From the NCBI GenBank assembly GCA_964016885.1, contig OZ024741.1:142166001-142230000 (forward strand): a stretch of DNA of 64,000 nucleotides, read 5' to 3'. A model generated the notes under the pieces. That model saw only the letters and a list, made by a program, of their open reading frames with translations, was not told the DNA's origin and searched no databases. The DNA comes from Eledone cirrhosa. Taxonomy: Eukaryota. The first letter of the stretch is position 1, and the number at the start of each line of letters is the position of its first letter. The position numbers were made by a program, and so were the translations under genes. This document shows positions 1 through 62,094 of the stretch, one piece after another.

Positions 1-639
1 TTTATTTCATTTTCGCGCGCACCAGTCCTGTAGTTTTCATTGGATAATCTTATTCTTTTCATCCAATCAAACGTTACTTTCTCGTTAATGGCTTAATAGT
101 TTGAGGAAATAATCTTATTTATTGATCAAAATAGTTATAATAAAAATATAATATTATAATGCTTGCAGAACTAAAATTTAAACACATATAATAAATACAA
201 CATAACGTTTAACTAAACACTTGGAAGCAAGCCAAGACGCTCGGAAATTAGTTATTTTGACGGTCTGTTTAATTATTACTAGATCGCACAAAAGTTATTG
301 CAAACTTTGTTTTTATATAGTTAGCCATCTCAAAATTATTTACTTTAAACACACAAAACATTCCTGTTTGGGTCCATGTAAACATTTATCGTATATAGTT
401 TCTTACTTCACTTTTTACCTGCTAATTAATTATGCTTAATAAACACAATATGCATTTTACAATAATAACATGTGAAATTAAATTAAAAGAAGTATTATAT
501 ATTATTTGTCAAATTCCGAATCATTCATTTATGAAAAATTTTTTTTTTTGCATTTTATGAAATATTGATTGCGGAAATATTTTAAATACTCATGTTCAAA
601 TAATTTATTAATGCACGAAATAGGTGGAGAAAAGATTCG

Positions 640-856
640 CACAGTTGTTAGCTGTCGAGACACTGCATCCTTTAAGACCTCCATGATTCGCTAACACTAC
701 ACCTAATGTTCCCCCTCCATACACATACACACATGTATATCATGACTCATACACTATTCACTTCCCTGACATTTGTATATTATTCTATGTACTATACATG
801 CACCTTTGACGAGTTGTAGTGCACCTGACAACTTTACACAATAATTTCATTATTAT
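640..856 (+). mobile_element. CR1-like LINE 3' end fragment
   Basis: Matches the 3' end of the element at 42810-43690 (cagttgttagctgtcgagacactgcatcc...tagtgcacctga...aataatttcattatt). Confidence 0.75.
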
Positions 857-1513
857 CACAATGAGTGCAGGAGTCTTCCCCTAATAATTTTTTATGCAAT
901 CCGACACATTCCTTCGGGTGATAGCGAAGCTCGGGTGCTAGAATAACTAAGCATCCTCGTGGGCATCTGTTGGATTTGAATCACTGTAGGTTCATAGTAG
1001 ATTTCTCTATATTAAACTAAAAGTAAATTCCGATGAAAATGAAAGCCGAGACGAATATAACGCAACGATATTACGAAGGAAGTGAATGTAAAATAAATAT
1101 ACAAAATAAAAAGTGCTTCAGTCGTGACCATCCTGTCTTTTTAGCCGTTTCTACGACTACATTATCCGAAGTGGCCTTATTTTTTTTCAATGCAGTGGTA
1201 TGAAATTTGGCTGTTATTTCTGTTTGTTCAGGTGATCACGTTAAACGGAATTTTGCTACATTTTAAGCTGTTTCTAAAAATATTTGTGTGCATAGAGGCG
1301 TAGAAACTTAGGAATACAAATGATGTATTTGATGGAGTTAAATTACAGTTCATTTCCAGAGTTTTTGATTAATAAATCGTAGTTCTTGATAAAGAATATA
1401 CAAATTAGACGAAACTAATCACATCTCGAATGCTAATAGTCAAAGGGAGATAATCAACCTTATGCCACATTTAAAACAACTTCAGGAAATTAGCGTAAGG
1501 CAGTAGCAGTAGT

Positions 1514-1780
1514 GGAGGCGTGTGGCCTAGTGGTAAGGGTGTTGGAATTACGATAAAATGTTGTGAGTTCGATTCCTGGACTGGGTTGTGTGTTGTGTTT
1601 TTTTAGCCAAACACTTCAATTCATATTGCTCAACTGAAAATGAGTACCAGCAATACCTGGAAGTTTAACCCTGCGATTGACCGGCGCCCTGTCCAGGGTG
1701 TCTTGTACTCTCAGTCGCTTCACGCCACGGAAACTGGGATAAACACCGGCCTCATGAGCCTCCTGGCGCGAGACAAACTT
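1514..1780 (+). mobile_element. tRNA-derived SINE, family B (similar copies near 23153, 28300, 30540, 33255, 34607, 52460)
   Basis: A-box tggcctagtgg and B-box gttcgattcc, followed by a shared central segment (tgtgttcttgagcaagacacttt in the best copies). Confidence 0.7.
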
Positions 1781-2670
1781 TATGCTTTTTCTAGTAACAG
1801 TATCGGTTTGAACCAGTACGGATTATCTTCAAGGTATATGCCCAGGCAAGATGCTTTTTGGAAGACCGGCGCAGTGAGGGATTAAGGTCTGGCAGGACAG
1901 CAGTCTGGGTCTACAAAATATTTAAAGGGTCTCAAATTAATTAACTTTTCGCTCTCACAAAGGATACGCAAAGGCTCCGATGAAATTTCCAGCTAGTTAG
2001 TTCACTCCTGCTCAAACATGCCAGTCTAATTCTTCCGACACCAATGTTGTCTAAGGGAAAGACACAACTTGACTCCAGAACTGTCACAACTCATATATAC
2101 ACACTTCATATGAGCTATTATTTGCACGAGTGTCGTTGCAACTAATTTTTTTTTCCAGTTGAGTAGACTGGAGCAACGTAAAATAAAGTCTTAGTTAAGG
2201 ACACAAAGCGACGCCCAGTTCATTAATCGAACTCCCGACATTAAGATTACCAGCTCAGTGTATTAACCACTAAGGTTTATGCGTCCTGCCAGGGTTTACA
2301 AATATGTAATTATGTTTAAAGGTCACACTGCTACCCATATTTGAACAAATATTAACTGTTGGAAGGGGTCACAAGAGAGTTATCAGAATAGTATTATGAG
2401 CATAGATATGGCTGTGTGGTTAAGAAGTTCTACGCAATCATGAGGGTCCAGGGTCGATTTCACTGGTATCTGAGACACGTATCTTTACCATAGTCTTTTG
2501 TCATGATATTTGAAAATGGAAAGCACAATGGAAAAAATTCCGTGTTTACATTTATTTAGTAATAAAAAACATTGACGAACAAAATTATATAATAATAGAA
2601 GTACTATGTTTAATTCTTAATTTTTAAGTAATCGTAATACGTTTTTACTTGTTCACTAAATTGTAATTAT

Positions 2671-2799
2671 GGTAATATATATATATATATAGGAACAAGT
2701 ATGACCCCGACGGCAGAGCTCAAGCCGTTTCGACGGTCCAGAAATAGCCGTCGAAAGGGCTTGAGCTCTGCCGTCGGGGTCATACTTGTTCCTATTACC
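2671..2799. repeat. Fold-back (hairpin) element with 48-bp arms
   Basis: 2689-2736 is the reverse complement of 2748-2795 with one mismatch; 11-nt loop. Confidence 0.9.
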
Positions 2800-2878
2800 C
2801 ACTCTACTACCCTAAGTATTGAGTACTTTGGTGCGTTATGGTTCATCTGGTTCTTTACCACAATTCCTTCGTTATATA

Positions 2879-3065
2879 GGGCGGTGGATTGGCAGTATCG
2901 GTAGAGGGTCGGACACCATGCTTTGACGCATAGAGTTACGGCCCTTTCCAATCTGAGTTCAAATCCTGCCGAGGTCAACTTTGCCGTTCATCCTTAAGGG
3001 TCGATAAAATAAAGTACCAGTAATGTACTGGTTAATTTCTGGCCTTGTGCCCAAAGTGGAAACAG

Positions 3066-3068
<3 letters not shown>
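2879..3068 (+). mobile_element. tRNA-derived SINE, family A (copies near 24785, 28750, 31070, 33017, 49652, 56684)
   Basis: tggcagtatcggtag head, gagttcaaatcc B-box and shared core gaggtcaactttgcctttcatcct...ggtcgataaaataaagtaccag. Confidence 0.8.
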
Positions 3069-3115
<47 letters not shown>

Positions 3116-3123
<8 letters not shown>

Positions 3124-3461
3124 ATACTTTGGGAGGGTCATGTTGCCAATAAGAAACACACGCATCACTCCAATTTATTAGAAATGAAAAAAAGTTTTTC
3201 TAAAGATTTTTTAAAAAACTTGAAAAAAAAAAAAAATTTATAAATTTCCGGTTGGTTGGTTGGTTGGTTCCACAACTGGACGGTTGTTCATATATTGTCA
3301 AAGCTCTTTCGTCACACATTTTGTGAGCTCTTCAGTGACGGGATTTTGAAAAAAAAAAAAAATTTTTAGAACATTTTTTTTCAATTTATAATAAATTGGA
3401 GTGAAACAATGGTGCGTGTGTTTCTTATTGGCAACATGACCCTCCCAAAGTATAACAATAT
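3116..3461. mobile_element. Inverted-repeat element (~100-bp arms) enclosing a hammerhead motif; probably Penelope-like pLTR-derived
   Basis: atattgttatactttgggagggtcatgttgccaataagaaacacacgca is mirrored at 3415-3461, and the similarity extends inward. Confidence 0.75.
3297..3339 (-). ncRNA. Minimal type-I hammerhead ribozyme motif (HHR-a)
   Basis: Minus strand GUCA-CUGAAGA-GCUCACAAAAUGUGUGAC-GAAA-GAGCUU-UGAC: stem I GUCA/UGAC, intact CUGANGA and GAAA boxes, stem II UCACA/UGUGA closed by G-C, CUU triplet. Confidence 0.7.
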
Positions 3462-3733
3462 CGGTTTCAACACATGTTTTCAGATAAAGAATCTTGCTAA
3501 ACAAATTCAGAAACGAAATATATATAAATATTTATGTTCTCAAAAATGTACTAAATACTCGTCTACGAAAGTAAAGGGGCTAGCTCTTAGTTAATTTACT
3601 CCGTAATACGAATTGACGGACAAATTGATCTCGAATGTTTTTGATGGTGATCCACTGATATTGGCACCTTTGTAGTGTATTTCTCTAACTGGTAACAAAC
3701 CTGCTCGTGTTAATTAGACATTCAACATTCAGT

Positions 3734-53094
<49,361 letters not shown>

Positions 53095-53199
53095 TAAAAT
53101 AACTCTATAATTATAATGTTTCAGCAATGAACGTCGTGTTCTTGCAGTACTAGCTTACAGAGCTGTAGTACATTCTTATGAAAAAACAGCAACCTTACT

Positions 53200-53496
53200 A
53201 ATAAAGTCCTTGTAAAGTTGAGCCTGATACATTATTATTTGAATTTAGATATAAATTGGAGAAATTGTCCTATGATTTAGAAATATCCTCACCCATTTTC
53301 TCCACAGAAGAAGATTGATTCCACAAAATAATTATATGTGATTTTAATTTATATTTAATGAAACCTGATAGTCAGTGAAAACCTCAAAAAAATCTTCTCG
53401 AAATAATTTCTAAAAGTTCTGCAGTGATGATTGGCAGGTTGCAATTTAATTTTTTTTCTGTTTGGAAATGTAAATAAATTATTTTTTCATAATAAA
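53200..53496 (+). terminator. Candidate MMUT polyadenylation signals (AATAAA at 53200, 53473, 53491)
   Basis: Hexamers downstream of the stop, followed by T-rich sequence; AATAAA is common by chance in AT-rich DNA. Confidence 0.35.
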
Positions 53497-54004
53497 ACAA
53501 AGTAACACAAAATCTCATTTTTCAAATTGTCTTTCTTTATTTGTTAAGAGATGTAATTGTTAGAAGGCCAGAATGCTTTATTGTATTTGTTCTGGCTATC
53601 TGAGATCTACTTTGCCTTGTATCCTTTTCAAGGTTAATAAATAAAGTACCAGGCAAGTACTGAAGTCAATTCTTCCTCTGTATCTCATTCGCATTTTCTT
53701 TGTTTTTTTCTGGAAGAAATTTCTCTTATTTTCTATTGTAAATTAACTGTGTTCAGACATAAAAATGGTAGGGCTTTGCCAGGTTTATGTGCCCAAGTCA
53801 CAGCATATGTCATGACAGCATCCCTATGACTCCATGTGGAGTTAAATGCCCATGATGGATGGATGATTGTAAAGGAAGCATATAAGGAAATGACAGCATT
53901 CAGTTGTTCAATCAACTGAACATCCAGCACATGAATGAACATATATGTAGTTGAGTATTCCATAGATATATGTAACCTTAATTCCAAGCTGAATCAGTGT
54001 ACCA

Positions 54005-55727
54005 CATCATCATCACCATCATCATCACTATCACTGTTTAATGTCCATTTTTCCACACTAGCATGGTTTAGATGAGTTGTCCTGTTGTGAGACATGTTGG
54101 GTCAGATGACCAAGTCTTGCTTATACAGAACTGGTTTTGACTTGGTTTCTACAGCTAGATGCCCTTCTTAATTTACAGTGTGTGCTGGGTGCTTTTTGTC
54201 ATGACACCTACACGAGCACTTTAATGTGGGCTGGGGACTTAGGTGGGGAAAAGTGTGTGAGGATTGGGGATGTAGATTTTGGGAAGTGTGTGAGAAGCAG
54301 TGTATTAGGGCATGGGTGGAGTGTTTGGATGCGGAAGGTGCAAGAGGGGAGATGTGGAGGTGTATGGAGGGGAAGGCAGTGCACATGGGAAGGCGGGTCT
54401 TCTGTATTACTGCACTATGCCAGAGATCTCAATCCAGTGTCATCGCCTTTGAGAGGTGCAATTGGGCAAGGTCAGCTTTTATCACCTCATTTCAAGTCTT
54501 CCTAGGTATTCCTACACCACAATACGTATCAAAGCTGTATTGTCTTCCATATGTATGTTGATGATCTAACTCTCATAACTTCTGTATGTTGATGATCTAA
54601 CTCTCATAACTGAATCTATGAGAGAACTAGAGAAAAAATTCCTGACCTGGAAGCATAACCTGAAATCAAACGATCTTAAAGTCAACTTGGCAAAGACCAA
54701 AGTTCTAGTAAATAGTAAGGAAAACAAGGCCCTGATCCCTTCTGGGAAATGGCCCTGTTCAGTGTGTAGGAACAAGGTGGGTAGAAATTTCACCCTCTGT
54801 CCCAAATGCAAGCTATGGGTACAGAAGAGATGTAATGGGATCTGAGGTAGGTTAGCTAAGAACATAGGTTTTACTTGTGACTGCTGCATAGGAGCAGTAA
54901 GTAACACACTCACAGGAAATATGTGCTATAAAATTCTTGGAAGGTTCTGTAGAAGCAATTGACACCTGGGTGACCAAATTGACTGTAGAGGTGGGTGTTC
55001 CAAAAGTACAGTAGCCAGAGTGAGGATGGGATGGAAAAAGTTCAAAGAGCTCTTACTACTACTAGCTCCAAAAAGTTTTCCCCTCAAAATGAAGGTAAGA
55101 ATATATGATGCGTTTGAACAGCAATGTTACATGGTAGTGAGATATGGGCGCTGTGTGCAGACTTGCGTAGATTGGAAAGAAATGAAGCTGGCATGCTTCA
55201 ATGGATGAGTAATAGTAATATACATGAACGGCAAAGCATAAATGAACTGAAAGAGAAACTGGGCATACGAGGGATCAGATGCAGTGTGCAGGAGAGGAGA
55301 TTGTGTTGGTCTGGGTATGTGATGTGTATGAAGGATGACAGCTGTATAAAAAAGTTGATGGAAGCTATGGAGTGGCGTGACTTGGGACGAAGTGATAAAA
55401 GTGGATCTTGCACAATTACACCTCTCAAAGGTGATGATACGTGATCGAGATCATGTAGTAATAAGCGTTATGTAGTAATACAGAAAACTCGCCTTCCCAT
55501 GTGCACAAGCTGAAACATACATCTAGTACGCATTACTTTCCCTTACCTCCCCTCCCCTCCTCCTCCCCCTCCATACACCTCCCACGCTATAACACTTTAC
55601 TCACGTCCTAACACCTCACCCTTCATTCACTCCCACTAGATCTACCTTTCCATCCTATGAATCTCCCCCACCCCATCCCCCAATCCATACTGTAAAGTGG
55701 TCGTGTAGGTGTCACAACAAAAAGCAA
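54005..55727. mobile_element. Two degenerate RTE fragments in opposite orientation (54005-54510 minus; 54560-55727 plus)
   Basis: RT/zinc-finger remnants and 3' UTR similarity. Confidence 0.75.
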
Positions 55728-55793
55728 AAGGAGTTGATCTGTTTTCTTTAACTACATATATATATATTTATATATACACGTGTACACACACAC

Positions 55794-55825
<32 letters not shown>

Positions 55826-56859
55826 TAATATATCCCTTTGTAAAGTGGTTGGAGTGAAGAAGGTCATCCAGCAGAGCAGGGCTTGCCAAGGAAAGGATTG
55901 GGAAGATCCTTCTGGTGCATCAAAGCATGACATCTTCTCTAGTGTTTGATGATCTACATGATAAATACACTCATTACACGTTGTAAAGTTGTTGGTGATA
56001 GGAAAGGCATCGAGTTGTAGAAAGCTTGCGAAACAAAGGGTTGGGAGGACCTTGATTTGTGTCAAAGATATGACAACCTCCATTGTGCACTCGGTAGAAC
56101 GCGAGACCATACGTAAGCGAGACTAGAGACCCCTGGCTTCTCTGGGAGGTCAGTAGGCACCGCTTCAGTGCTGACTTGGATGTAGACCCTTCCAATCCTT
56201 ACTAGCAGGGAAAGAGGACGTTAAGACGATGATGACAATATATATATAAATATATATGAATTTATATATATTCTGCAAACTACAGCCGCCTTAAACCTGG
56301 AGCACAACCTAACCAGAGACGGACACAGTAACAGCATCGAGTGCTCCGACGAGCGTCGCCGTTAGTAACTACAAGTACCCACCTAATATATATATATATA
56401 TATATATCCGGACGGCAGGAATTTTCTCGAATTGTTTCGGAATTAGCGCGTGGGCTCTGTGTGCGGTATTTTGCTAATGCAGCAACTGCACTAAGGAGAC
56501 TACAATGAAACTGTATACAGTTCGGAGCATTATTTGTGTTCCCACGCAAATCCGTTTATCCACTATGTAATGTATTGTGTCCACTCTGATGTGCAAATTC
56601 GTATTTGCAACATACGATTTTTGAAAAATCATTCAGTGTGTGGAAATCGGCGATCCTAGACGATATCTAATTGTCTGGCTCGTTTGGCAGTATCGGTAGA
56701 GGGTCGGACACCATGCTTTGACGCATAGAGTTACGGCCCTTGCCATTCTGAGTTCAAATCCCGCCGAGGTTGACTTTGCCTTTCATCCTTACGGGGTCGA
56801 TAAAATAAAGTACCAGTAATACACTAGGTAATTGCTGGCCTTGTGCCTAAAGTCGAAAC

Positions 56860-56899
<40 letters not shown>

Positions 56900-57149
56900 T
56901 TACAAAATAGTGAATAACATATATACATACATAAATATCTAATGATATAAATGTATAATAGGACATATCAAACTTTAACAAGAAACAAACTGTATAGAAT
57001 GTAAAAATACATAGTTCGTTACAGTATCATATTAAAATTTAACAAAAATTTAAAATATCGATACCTGATAAAATCATAATATATAATAAAGTGAAGTTGG
57101 GCGTTGTTTGTTTGTTTGGTATCCCGAACTTGCAGGCTACACCGTTCAT

Positions 57150-57510
57150 CCCATTTTCATGAAACTTGACACACATATAAAACACGACCCGTAGATTGGA
57201 ATAGGCTACTTGAAATTTTCGAAAATTCGATAATCGGGACCCCAGAAGCCAAAAATCGATATTTTCAAAAATCGTCCGATTTCGATGAAACTCGACGCAA
57301 GTGTATTTTAATCCGGGGATAAACGTGGGCTACATTAAATTTTCGAAAAATCGATAATTGGATCACCAGAGGCAAAAATCGATATTTACGAAATTTGTCC
57401 GATTCCAATGAAATTTGACGTAGGTATGTATTTTGATGCGGGGATTAACGTGGGATACTTGAAATTGTAAAAAAAAAAAAATGATGATCGGACCCCCAGA
57501 GGCAAAAATC
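57150..57510. repeat. Three ~124-bp tandem units
   Basis: atgaaa(c/t)t(t/c)gac...g(c/a)tac...aaatt...ccagaggcaaaaatc recurs three times. Confidence 0.8.
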
Positions 57511-57789
57511 CGGCAACCGAAAAACGCCATTCTTCTTGCTTCCATTTGTCTCGACTCCCGCTATGCAAAAAACGTTCAATCTATCAGGATTATCCACCGT
57601 AAGTCTCTTTAAATTAACGCTCACCATATTCAGCAAACCTTTTATGCCGATTCTTCATTTTTCTTATATAAGGACTATCAAGACTATACCGCCGCGTATC
57701 ATCCTGTATTGCGTCCAGTCTTCTCAAGCGTTCATCGAGCCTCCATGCGCTCCCTTCATTCCCGTGGTCCCACTACCGTAGCATAATGA

Positions 57790-58565
57790 GGCATCCGTCA
57801 ACCCCTGCCCTCTCCCTTCCCTGCACGCCGTCGACCTACTGCATCGTTGTGCATCACCATGCGCATCTCTGCCTTGTCAGCTGCAATTCATTCCCCGGCC
57901 CTTTCCATTGCCTGCCCTCCGTGGTCCCTAAGGACTGCCACGGCTCAACATGCCGAATCCTTGCCACCGTCCACCCCTGCCCATTTCTATTGCCTACACT
58001 CCGGGAGAGCTCAAGACTTCCATGCCTGACTAAGCCGCATCCCTGCCACCGTCAACCCCTGCCCTCTCCCTTCCCTGCACGCCGTCGTCCCACTGCATCG
58101 TCATGCCTCACCATGCCGCATTACTGCCCTGTCGGCCACCATCCCCTCCTCAGCCCTTTCTTTTGCCTGCCCGCCGTGCTCCTTCAATACTGCCTTGCCG
58201 CATCCCTGCCACCATCAAGTCCTTCCTTCTCCCTTCCCTGCACGCCGTCGTCCCACTGCATCGTCATGCATCACCATGCCACATCAATGCTCTGTCAGCC
58301 GCCATCCCCTCATTGGCCCTTTCTTTTTCCTGCCCGCAGTGCTCCTTCAAGACTGCCATGGCTCACCATGCGGCATCCTTGCCACCGTCCACCCCTGCCC
58401 TCTTCCTTGCCTGCTGGCCGTCGCCCCACTGCATCGTCATGCCTCAGGATGCCGCCTCCATGCACTGTCAGCCACCATCCCCTCCTCGGCCCTTTCTTTT
58501 GCCTGACCGCCGTGCTCCTTCAAGGCTCCCATGGCTATCTATGCCGCATCAATTCCTTGCCACCC
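57790..58565. repeat. GC-rich degenerate tandem array, ~86-bp monomer with ~172-bp dimer
   Basis: ccgtc(a/c)acccctgccc-like anchors at 57795, 57967, 58049, 58212, 58385. Confidence 0.8.
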
Positions 58566-60469
58566 GTTTAAACGTCATCAGCATGGCTTATTGTTGCCCC
58601 ATTTGACCACCGATTTTCGCAGGCTAAACACAATACCTATGTGCACGATAGTCCATGGTAAATCTTTTTAATTACATGTTCATCATGCTAAGCAAAGGAT
58701 GAATAGCAACTCTTTCATTTCTCCTGACATGCCTTTCTGTCAATAATGGCTGAGAAGTATCCTGTGTAGCATCGCGTCTTCTCAAGCGATCAGCGTGCCT
58801 TCCACTGTCCTCACAATTGACTCACAACGCCGCATCTATTCCCTGCGACGGCCCTAAACATCACTAGCATGGCTTATTTTTCTGCCGCGTTTAACCGGCC
58901 CTCATTCCAGGCCATAAACAACAAAACCGCACGATGATGTTGCGTAAGTCTATTTAAATTAATGGTCAACATGTTCAGCAAAACAATTGTACCAATTCTT
59001 CCTCTTCACCCCCAAGGCCTATCCATTACATCTTAGAGGTCGGGATTCGCAATTTATACGATTTCAACATTAACACAACAGTCCGTCAGGCACATGTTGC
59101 TCCGATAGTAATATCAACGTGATTTTCACTTAATTCGTAAGTGTTCAGTCTTCCATATGCTTTTATATTTTATTGATACAACACCGACTACAATCATCTA
59201 ACTTCACTTTGTAGGCTAGACGCGAATCACAAGGAAAACAATCCTCTGATATACAACCCCACCAAATTCTTTGGTCTACCTAGATTTCAATGGCTATATC
59301 CTTTGCTTTTGTACGGTTGTACATTTGACAATGTCGCAAAACATTATTCCACTTGATTCTTACCTTTCAGCTATGAATTGGGCAGTGCCTTAAAATCCCG
59401 GTTTATTTGCGTGTAATTTTTTGGTATCTTATGAATGGAGAATCGAAAACCCTTTTTCTCATAACCTGATATATGCGTTACACATGCACCATGGATGTTT
59501 GTGGACTATTTTTTCAAAATATTAATATCACGGATTGGAGCACAAAAAGAAACGTTTGTTCTTCATTTATTTCGGTTAAAGCACCCTGCTGGAATTTAGC
59601 GCAGACCCGTTTAAATCCAGCGCCTTATAACCCCGAGTGTAACCGGGTACACCAGCTAGAAAGACAAACGGAAACATTGTTTCCTTGGTCCGATTTGACG
59701 AAAGTCGATTTAGTTCCACAACAAATTAACAAACCCTACTTGAAGACACGTTGAGGCTGTTGCAAAGGGCAATAACCCTAGACACAATTTTGATCAACTT
59801 TTTTTCACATATAGCAAATTTACCGGGACAGGTCTTTAGCTACTCAAATATACTTCAGAGGTCACGCATTCATGTAAAAAATCAATAAAACTGAAGCGGG
59901 GGTTCGACTTTGCGCAAAAAACAAGGCAAAGTTGCACATGGGAACATTTTTTACAGGAACGTCCGATTTTCTTGAAAACTGTCGCAAAAGATTCGCCATT
60001 ATGCCGCGGTTCAGATAAAGTCCCTTTTATTTCTTCTTCTGCACATGTGAGCGCCAAAATTGTAAAAAAAAAAAAAACTGTGATAAAATCGACTTTTTCA
60101 CCCTGCTTTAAAAATCAACTGAAAATTCAATTTCAAGTGAATTTGACTTCCGTCAGTCTTGCAAAGAACAATTTCAACGATACACTGTGAACCTACAATT
60201 GATCCATTATTTATGCTCAATTACACACCTGCGTATACTAACCTCTGTTTTTTTCCTTCAGGTTCGAAGGTTTTTGCACCTGTGATGCACGGGAAGTAAC
60301 TTTCACACATTTTAACAACAGACCAAAGGTCGACTTACACCCGGGCAACGCCGGGTACTTCTGCTAGTATATATATATAAGTAAGTTCCAATTTGAGTCG
60401 AAGGTAACCACAGTAAATAAGATATGATTCCATACGAATGAAACAGTACTAGTCCTGTAGAAGCCTTTT

Positions 60470-60535
<66 letters not shown>

Positions 60536-61040
60536 TAAACGGAATAGAAAATGCTGACAAATTGTTCACAGTGAAAAATAGTTTAATAAGGAATAAGTGA
60601 GAATTAGTAATAGTATTGGTTAGTATTCAGTTTTGGTTTTTAGTTTTACCGGTTGCACATTTCTAATGCTTTTCAAAAACAATTTTGAGATAGAGCGTCA
60701 GTGATGTTTGCACTGATCTGATTAGTTTTGGGAATTCTACCTGTTTTTATGCTAAAAAAGTGGCTCCAGCGGTATTAAAATAAGTTTTGCGCCAATTCGT
60801 GTTGCAAAAATTCTTGTGGTCAAAACAATTTTGATTGGTTGGTAGAGGTCATGTGAATGTAAAAAATTGATTTTGCGCCAAATGTAGGTTTGTGTCGGCT
60901 GACTGAGAAATAAGTCTTTCACAACAAATATGTGTGTGTGTGTGTAGTAGTAGTAGTAAAGAGGTTCGTTGTTGTGATAATGGTCAGCAGGGATGTGTGT
61001 GCGAACCGCAGCCTGATGACAGTTCAAATGCCTATTAAGA

Positions 61041-61091
<51 letters not shown>

Positions 61092-61285
61092 CAGAGTAAT
61101 TCGTGGTAGAGGGATGGTCAGTAGGAATGTGTCTGTAAGTGTGTGGGGGATATTTTAACATATTAAAAGATATTTTTCAGCTCTTGTCTTATACGGAGAA
61201 GTGTGTGTGTGTGTGTGTGTGTGTGTGTCTCTTTGTATGTTAATGTACGCGTGTGTATGTGTGTATGTATATGTGTGTGTGTATA

Positions 61286-61323
<38 letters not shown>

Positions 61324-62094
61324 AGAGAATGTGTGTGTGTGGGGGTGGGGGGTGGGGGGGGTGGGGGGTGGACCAGTATTTTTTTCCTGGTAAAATGGTG
61401 TACATTATTCGATATTTTCAGTACACTATGAATCGACTTTTCAAACGGATTACACCTCCAATAACCCGTTCATAAAAATAGGAAAACCCATAACTGAATC
61501 GCACAACAACTTCGCAAACCCCCAAGCCACTAACAAACGAAGAAGGAAGCACCACACCGAAGATGAACTTCCCAACCTCGCTACCATAAGAAGGAACAAA
61601 AACCCAAGAAATCATCTCCCCCAGAATGACATTTACAACTTTCCCCCTTCAAGGAGACACCATACCAAATCACTCAACTACTACGCGGATGCCTCATCGT
61701 CAAACATAGGGAAAAGATACCACCACCATGATAGATGTAACAACTTCCCCGCTTCAAGGGGACAGCAAGGTAATTTCCATTTTCTCAACTCTCGCTTCCA
61801 CAATACACAAAAAACCCACAACACACGATACAACCAACAACGTAGGCCACCTATAACACCACAATCCAACATGGCACATAGAAACACACGTCCATACTCG
61901 CAGTACAGGAACACCCCATTCAATCTACAACCACAAACCCGAACCACATTTTACAACAACAAGGAATATAACAAACACAGGAGACCACTTAACATCAGCA
62001 GACAACCTCTCTATCCCAACCATTTTTTACACACAGCACACAGATACAGGCAAACAAAATAACACAAGACAGGGAGGAGAAACCGATAGTAATA

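Larger units (their letters stand above)
57074..60367 (+). mobile_element. Composite non-autonomous Helitron-type element with internal tandem arrays
   Basis: A|TCATAATATATAATAAAGTG start with (GTTT)n; terminal hairpin acccgggcaacgccgggt then CTAG|T; second internal terminus at 59631-59659. Confidence 0.7.

Noticed and set aside
57786-58606. Pro/Cys/His-rich ORFs up to 261 aa
   Set aside because: Explained by a GC-rich tandem repeat open in several frames; no recognisable domain
60640-60710. Minus-strand CUGACGC...AGAAA hammerhead-like layout
   Set aside because: Core box lacks the invariant A9 and stem I does not form
61005-61045. CTGATGA resembling a hammerhead core near the PLE
   Set aside because: No stem II followed by GAAA downstream
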